Shown here: one piece after another, positions 59,301 through 64,000 of the stretch
Position numbering within the stretch: position 1 is the first letter of the stretch
Layout: each line of letters begins with the position of its first letter
NCBI GenBank assembly: GCA_963775685.1
Contig: CAVZJV010000011.1
Span: 1-64,000 of the forward strand
Direction of reading: 5' to 3'
Source of the DNA: Candidatus Bathyarchaeota archaeon
GTDB taxonomy: Archaea > Thermoproteota > Bathyarchaeia > Bathyarchaeales > Bathycorpusculaceae
DNA: 64,000 nt
The notes under the pieces: generated by a model
The model's database searches: none
What the model was told of the DNA's origin: nothing
What the model saw: the letters and a program-made list of their open reading frames with translations, nothing else
Program-made: the position numbers and the translations under genes

Positions 59301-62054
59301 GGTGAAAAGGTCCAGTTGCAGGCAAAATTCGGCAGCCGTTTCCAAGAGTTAGAAACCAATTGGCAAGACATCGTCTTTGTACTTGAATGGTGTAAAAAAG
59401 TGCAGACGGCGTTCGCCGATATTCCTGTACCGCAAGCTTTCGCAGATCTCGCTGCTCAAGGACTCACTGCAGCGCCCTCAAGCTTAGAGCTGACCCAAAG
59501 AAGAGATGATGCGCTGGAGGGTTTGGCTGATTTTGAGCGACGCTTTGAAACTGAAATCAAGTACCAAAACCAGTTTCTGAAAGATTTAGAAATCAAGATC
59601 ATATGCGAACGAATTCAAGTCCTTAGAGACCGCGTGGACGATTTGCAGGTTTGGATTGACTTTAAAGATGCCAAAAATCGTTTTGCGCTAAGAAATCTTG
59701 ATCCGTTCTTTGGTCGTTTAGTTGAACAACATATTGTAGCAGCCGACTTAGGTGATGTCTTCCGAAAAAGCGTTTACCAGGAATGGATAAACAACCTCTA
59801 CAGCGAAGATCTTAAATTGGGCAAGTTCCGTCGCGAGAACCATGAGCAGCTAATCGCGGATTTTCGAAAACTAGATCAAGAACTAATTCACCTCTCTTCC
59901 AGTATGGTGATTGAATCCGCTAACCGCAGAAAACCTCAAAACATCCTCATCCAGGCGGCCGATTCAGAAGCCAGCATTCTGCTAAAAGAAGCTGCCAAAA
60001 AAAGGCGACTAATGCCAATCCGTACTCTAATGCAAAAGATGCCGAATCTGCTAGTAAAGCTCAAACCCTGTCTCTTGATGAGCCCCATCTCGGTAAGCCA
60101 GTTCCTTTCCCCGGACAAAAAATTCGATCTGGTCCTTTTCGATGAAGCCTCGCAGGTTGTTCCCGAAGACGCCATTGGAGCAATCTACCGGGGAAAAACC
60201 CTTGTGGTTGCGGGCGATAACAAGCAGTTGCCGCCAACATCTTTTTTTCAGAAAAATCTAATCGGCGACGTTAATTGGGACGAACTAAGCGATGACGACA
60301 TTGAAGTGTTCGACAGCATCCTTGACGAGTGCTTGGGCATCGGGTTGCCTGTTAAAACTTTGAGATGGCACTATCGTAGTAAACATGAAGAACTAATCGC
60401 GTTTTCCAACTACCGTTTCTACGATGATACCATGATAACCTTCCCAGCAGCTAAAAACCAGACTGATGGTTTAGGTGTAAAGCTCGTCTTTGTACAAGAC
60501 GGTATTTATGATCGTGGAGGCTCAAGAAATAACCTCAAAGAAGCAGAAAGAGTCACTGACCTTGTATTTGAGCACTTTAAAAACCACCCAAAAAAAACCA
60601 TTGGAGTTGTAACATTCAGCATCGCACAGATGAATGCTGTTGCGGAAGTCATAGACCGCCGGCGCAAAGAGCAGCCGGATTTTGAGTCCTTCTTCAAAGA
60701 AGACCGTCTAGAAGGCTTTTTTGTGAAGAACCTTGAAAATGTTCAGGGTGACGAACGTGACGTCATATTCTTCAGCGTCGGTTATGGCTTTGACCAGCAA
60801 GGACAAATGACTATGAACTTTGGACCCTTAAATAAGCCAGGCGGCGAACGTCGCTTGAACGTTGCTGTCACGCGCGCACGGGAAAAAGTTGTTTTGATTA
60901 CCTCTATTCATGGCAGCGACATCGATAAGGAGGCCCAAGCATTGGGAGTACAGACTTTGCGCTCCTACCTTGATTACGCTGAGCGTGGACCAGAAACCCT
61001 CCAATCAGGTAAATGTAAAGCTGGCACATTTGATTCAGCCTTAGACGACGATGTTGCAGCCGAAATCAAGAAGATGGGTTATGAAGTTGTTCCCGAAGTG
61101 GGATGCAGCGGCTTCAGAATTGACATTGGAGTCGTTGATCCAGTTAACGTAGGCAATTTCTTGCTTGGTGTAGAATGTGACGGCGTTACCTACAAATCCA
61201 GCAGTAGCGCTCGAGACCGCGATCGACTACGCGAACAGGTCTTACGCCAACTGGGTTGGCATATCCACCGCATCTGGTCACCCTCATGGGTTGCAAGACG
61301 CGACTCAGAAATAAGGCGTCTAAAAGAAACCCTCGAACAAGCTCAAAAAACCCAGCTCGAAAAAGACGCCCAAAACCCTATAATCGACATCAAAGAAGGT
61401 TCAGCGCCCCAAACAGACATCCAAAAAAACAAATTTGCCGGAATCGAAAAAATCGGAGTTCCCTACATAATATACCCGCTAAAAGCCATTTACCGTCCCT
61501 ACATCAAAATCGCCACAAACAAAGCCATCTACGACTCCAAACAGAAAAACCAGTTTCACTTCTCAGAAAACAGAGAAGAACAAACCAAACTCCTTTCCGA
61601 ACTAATCCAAAACGAAGGACCCGTCCATTTTGACTACGCAGTTGAACGATTATCGACTGCATGGGGCATAAAACAGGTAACCCCGAAAATTGCTCACGCA
61701 GTAAAAGAAGCATTAAACAACTTGATTAGGGAACAGAAAGTGACAATCAGGGGCAGTTTTCTTTGGCCTGTTGGACTAAAAGAAACAACCGTTCGGGTTC
61801 CAATGCAGGGGGTTCCAGAATCCAGACGTAAACCCGAGTACATTGTACCTGAAGAAGTCGAATCAGCTATGACCACAGTTGCCCAGTATGCTTTAGGGAT
61901 AAGTGCTGATTCTCTGGTTGCAGAAACAGCTAAAGTTTTCGGGTTAAATCATTCCGGCGAAGAAGCCAGAGTGGTGTTCTCTGAAGTGTTCAAGCGGTTG
62001 ATTAGGGAAAGAAAGCTCTTCTGCAAAGAAGACGGCGTCGTTACTGTTGCTTAA
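56352..62054 (+). CDS. DUF4011 / SF1 (UPF1-like) helicase / MTES_1575-like REase / DUF3320 multidomain protein
   Basis: WKARLIDLSRKNNLL, DADSSQ, GPPGTGKSQT, DEASQ, GDNKQLPP, WHYRS, NVQGDERD, RRLNVAVTRAR, FRIDIGV..VECDG..RDRDRLR..LGWHIHRIWS, EGPVH; start may be ATG 56384. Confidence 0.9.
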   Translation: MLPVLLRSHPYMTEITPSLPMKRIEDWKARLIDLSRKNNLLYFYRGKRGNLPITQPDMQRVFDGLVLKKHRLEFWQPPEETKKVEHLEKTKGRGEGKAVKARAKTVQPEVKAAQTEEPKRPTANQLLSGSLSRIDLERDLKNLERRSLLYYMERGVRILHVAFGTLNWIDAETKENVQSPLILVPIELSKVTIMQPYSIVVPPVEDEVVLNPALLAKLKNDYKIELPPLPEEWEEKKLADYFKLLDEAVAEMGWKTAPSVDLGLFSFQKLVIYKDLESNALLATQHPIIKAIAGVKEDSLILNGLPDEKDVDKIETPAKTYQVLDADSSQRVSIEYALRGQSFVMEGPPGTGKSQTIANIIAECIANGKSVLFVSDKMAALEVVYKRLSEVGLAHFCLELHSSKANKQQVVAELKRSLDENLVPRKLPSAHEFERMIEYREALNGYVTALHEKRQYLQRSVYDVLGILSSLERVPFVAVGLTELGTLTPQKMHELEELVSQLSKVWQVIEEPDFPWLGYRADTYNLEIRSELLTTLVGINQTFRGLQFEVEGFSASLGVSPPETFTRIKWLLDVSKLLSESPKPEACWLTNLDVGNLLDEAKNYLETSIWIKFTRVSLMERYNLSLFILALNRSAEIQQAVNNLGKMLPSVNVETGVLLAKREKLLSYLRSTQLATHKWCETSQALAQLLGLDGADLTVTQLKQLSRMAILCFANDKPEPQWFDAKYFEQVQATVSKAKLLYQEYNLIKSRLDQIYSDALFDMDLDGLIERYSGEYQSGLKIFNSTYRKDQKQIAQIANEGKVPKEILNDLVDAGKVKKLREKIEKEAETVRTLLGHFYRKTGTDFQGAEKAIALTDEIKKLSWATQIPEKLLAIITNSSSPSPMIKNLGLELQESVDKWELQGKDLESLFPVGLPRSDASITWTPLSLLEEWTNETEKLLSALCTLTKDTLVTSKQEPKTFKQLIGDLKSSEEIRKKEAQIVGEKVQLQAKFGSRFQELETNWQDIVFVLEWCKKVQTAFADIPVPQAFADLAAQGLTAAPSSLELTQRRDDALEGLADFERRFETEIKYQNQFLKDLEIKIICERIQVLRDRVDDLQVWIDFKDAKNRFALRNLDPFFGRLVEQHIVAADLGDVFRKSVYQEWINNLYSEDLKLGKFRRENHEQLIADFRKLDQELIHLSSSMVIESANRRKPQNILIQAADSEASILLKEAAKKRRLMPIRTLMQKMPNLLVKLKPCLLMSPISVSQFLSPDKKFDLVLFDEASQVVPEDAIGAIYRGKTLVVAGDNKQLPPTSFFQKNLIGDVNWDELSDDDIEVFDSILDECLGIGLPVKTLRWHYRSKHEELIAFSNYRFYDDTMITFPAAKNQTDGLGVKLVFVQDGIYDRGGSRNNLKEAERVTDLVFEHFKNHPKKTIGVVTFSIAQMNAVAEVIDRRRKEQPDFESFFKEDRLEGFFVKNLENVQGDERDVIFFSVGYGFDQQGQMTMNFGPLNKPGGERRLNVAVTRAREKVVLITSIHGSDIDKEAQALGVQTLRSYLDYAERGPETLQSGKCKAGTFDSALDDDVAAEIKKMGYEVVPEVGCSGFRIDIGVVDPVNVGNFLLGVECDGVTYKSSSSARDRDRLREQVLRQLGWHIHRIWSPSWVARRDSEIRRLKETLEQAQKTQLEKDAQNPIIDIKEGSAPQTDIQKNKFAGIEKIGVPYIIYPLKAIYRPYIKIATNKAIYDSKQKNQFHFSENREEQTKLLSELIQNEGPVHFDYAVERLSTAWGIKQVTPKIAHAVKEALNNLIREQKVTIRGSFLWPVGLKETTVRVPMQGVPESRRKPEYIVPEEVESAMTTVAQYALGISADSLVAETAKVFGLNHSGEEARVVFSEVFKRLIRERKLFCKEDGVVTVA

Positions 62055-62811
62055 TTTCCTCATTTATTTTCTTTATTAGAATTGGCAAATCGGTTAGCGA
62101 TGTTATTAAATAATTTGCGCCGTTGTCCATCAATTGTTCAGTTGTGGATAAACCCGTTATTAACCCAACAGCAACGGCTTTTAGCTCTAAGGCACTTTGC
62201 ATGTCAACAGTGCTGTCCCCAATTATCAGTGCGTCTTTGGGGCGAACATCTAAGATTTTGAGCGCTAATTCAAACTGTTCGGTATGAGGCTTTACATACT
62301 TCACTTTGTCGCGAGGAACAACAACTTTGAAATAGCTGTCAATTTTGAATCGTTGAAGAATATATTTGGCTGCTCTTTCGCTGTTTGTCGTGCATAAACC
62401 AATTTTCAGGTTCATCTTATGCAGGTCTTTGAGTGTTTCAATCGCGCCGGTGAGCAAACTGGTTGATTCGGCGGCTTCCATCTCGTATTTTTCAGCAATG
62501 ACTAATGCGCGGGATCGCAGTTCTTCAAAGGCTTCTGTTGATTTGGAGCTGTTTTTAACGAAAATTTCGGTTTTCTTTAGCATTTCAAAAATGCTCTCGT
62601 TTACTTCTAAAACGGAGATTGGGACACGCATACTTATTAGGAAGCTTCTGACCTCTGAGCGTAAAGCTTTGAAATCCAAGTTGAAATTTGCAAGAGTTCC
62701 ATCTAAATCAAATATTACCGCTTGTATAGCCAAACTGTCAGCTCCGTTTTTCTGTGATAGGTTTGGGGTTAACACTTCGCTAACAGAAATATACCTTGCG
62801 GTAAGTGCCAT
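62041..62811 (-). CDS. HAD-family phosphatase (phosphoglycolate phosphatase-like)
   Basis: FDLDGTL, TTN, KPH, IGDS..D. Confidence 0.88.
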   Translation of the reverse strand: MALTARYISVSEVLTPNLSQKNGADSLAIQAVIFDLDGTLANFNLDFKALRSEVRSFLISMRVPISVLEVNESIFEMLKKTEIFVKNSSKSTEAFEELRSRALVIAEKYEMEAAESTSLLTGAIETLKDLHKMNLKIGLCTTNSERAAKYILQRFKIDSYFKVVVPRDKVKYVKPHTEQFELALKILDVRPKDALIIGDSTVDMQSALELKAVAVGLITGLSTTEQLMDNGANYLITSLTDLPILIKKINEEIKQQ

Positions 62812-62821
62812 CCCAACGGCA

Positions 62822-63793
62822 TTACTGCTTTATGACAACTTTCAAAGGCTTCTCAGCTGGACTATCCGCCGTCTGCAATGCCTTCTCAAATTCCTCTAAC
62901 TTGAACCGATGCGTTATAAGACCCTTAACATCCACAAGTTTTCGGGCAATTAACTCAACTGCCGCTGGGTACTCGACAGGTGAAATGTAAATCGTAAAAA
63001 AAGTGGCTTCATCTGCATCCTCTAAGTTCAAATAGCCTTTAGATTCACCCACCAGTGCGACTTTGCCTGCTTTTCTTACCAAAAAAGGCGTTTGTTCCAC
63101 CGCCTGCGTGGTTCCTGCAGCTTCAATCACAAAGTCAGATCCCAATTTGGTTAGTTTGCGTATAGTTTTTCGTACATCCTCTTTTTTAGCATTTATAATC
63201 GCGTCGGGGCCGTATTTTTCTGCGAGTTCCAGTCTATAATCCTCCAAATCCACCGCGATGACTCGGCAACCCTTCATCAAAGCGATTTGCGTCATGAGTA
63301 AGCCAATTGCTCCTTGTCCTAGTACGGTAACCCAGTCGCCCAGATTTGGTTGCAAGTTATTTAATACTCGAAGTGCCAAAGCTACTGGTTCCACTATGGC
63401 AGCTTCTTCGTCGCTAACATTGGAGGGGAGGCGAATGAGGCTTCGAGGGAGCATCACTTTAGATTCGGCGAAGAAACCGTCTCTTGTTAAACCATAAAAT
63501 TTTCCGCGTGCGCAGTAGGTTGGTAGTCCTCGGAGGCAGAAGTAGCAGTGTCCACAGTTTACTATAGGAACCATAACAACACGCTCGCCCGTGTCTTCCC
63601 TGACTCCGCAGGCATCATGCCCAATGATTCTGCCTTTTTTCATCCATTTCCAGTCGCCCCTGTAAAAGTGCATGTCGGTTCCGCATATACTCCCAGCCGC
63701 AAACTTCACAAGCACTCGGTTTCCTTTGACTTCAGGTTCAGGAGCGTTTTCGATTTTAATGGCGTGTGATCCACGATAAACAGCGACTTTCAA
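62822..63793 (-). CDS. Zinc-dependent MDR-family dehydrogenase
   Basis: ICGTDMH, GHD, CGHCYFC..C, GQGAIG; start moved to TTG 63793. Confidence 0.88.
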   Translation of the reverse strand: MKVAVYRGSHAIKIENAPEPEVKGNRVLVKFAAGSICGTDMHFYRGDWKWMKKGRIIGHDACGVREDTGERVVMVPIVNCGHCYFCLRGLPTYCARGKFYGLTRDGFFAESKVMLPRSLIRLPSNVSDEEAAIVEPVALALRVLNNLQPNLGDWVTVLGQGAIGLLMTQIALMKGCRVIAVDLEDYRLELAEKYGPDAIINAKKEDVRKTIRKLTKLGSDFVIEAAGTTQAVEQTPFLVRKAGKVALVGESKGYLNLEDADEATFFTIYISPVEYPAAVELIARKLVDVKGLITHRFKLEEFEKALQTADSPAEKPLKVVIKQ

Positions 63794-63912
63794 AAGAGTC
63801 AACTCTAAGTAATTGAAAATGTTTTGGTGGAGTATTAAGTTTGTTGTACCGTTCTCAAACGTAGTTTGCGGTAAACTAATAACTCTTACCACACATCAAA
63901 AGGTTGATTCGC

Positions 63913-64000
63913 ATGAACTTGGATGAATATACCAAAGAGAAACTCTGGCAGTTACTTGTCGAAGCGGTCCACGCATCCGTTATGTATCCGACTCATAAGG
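63913..64000 (+). CDS. 5' end of a hypothetical gene, truncated by the window
   Basis: AGGTTGA then ATG; MNLDEYTKEKLWQLLVEAVHASVMYPTHK stays open to the window end. Confidence 0.5.
   Translation, partial: MNLDEYTKEKLWQLLVEAVHASVMYPTHK

Overview
Archaeal chromosomal window. It is most consistent with Ca. Bathyarchaeia; this is inferred from gene content (aIF-1A, L35Ae, RbkR, geranylgeranyl reductase, archaeal AsnA, membrane-anchored wHTH plus PQQ-type repeat proteins) and from frequent TTG/GTG starts, and was not checked by a search. Layout: (1) 0-7 kb holds a membrane methyltransferase, a beta-propeller protein and its membrane-tethered regulator, followed by a cluster of small nucleic-acid/translation proteins. 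That cluster has two CxxC-x17-CxxC zinc fingers, an OB-fold protein, aIF-1A, a LysW-like zinc ribbon and L35Ae; several of these ORFs are absent from the supplied track. (2) 7.3-27 kb is a divergent tetrapyrrole and anaerobic corrin-ring cluster (hemA/L/B/C/D, cobA, sirC, cbiX-cbiC fusion, cbiD/E/T/L/F/G/H). It includes a domain-permuted amidotransferase, a cobalt ECF transporter that reads as a CbiM-CbiN-CbiQ triple fusion, and a divergent wHTH regulator next to a perfect palindrome. (3) rad50-mre11, an orphan rpsJ and a gene-poor, decayed stretch (33.5-38 kb). (4) Housekeeping genes: GGR, Lrp/asnA/pckG, htpX, rbkR, ribL, dph5, cobD-cbiB, thiolase-DUF35. (5) A 1900-aa DUF4011/SF1 helicase/REase/DUF3320 protein. 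The most notable signals are three genes that appear to start at AUA/AUU, putative 5'-terminal hairpins in the small-protein/aIF-1A cluster, the CbiMNQ fusion and the permuted amidotransferase. Eight single-base insertions in hemL, cbiE, eamA and cbiM look like read or assembly errors. I saw no rRNA, tRNA, CRISPR array or intact transposase.
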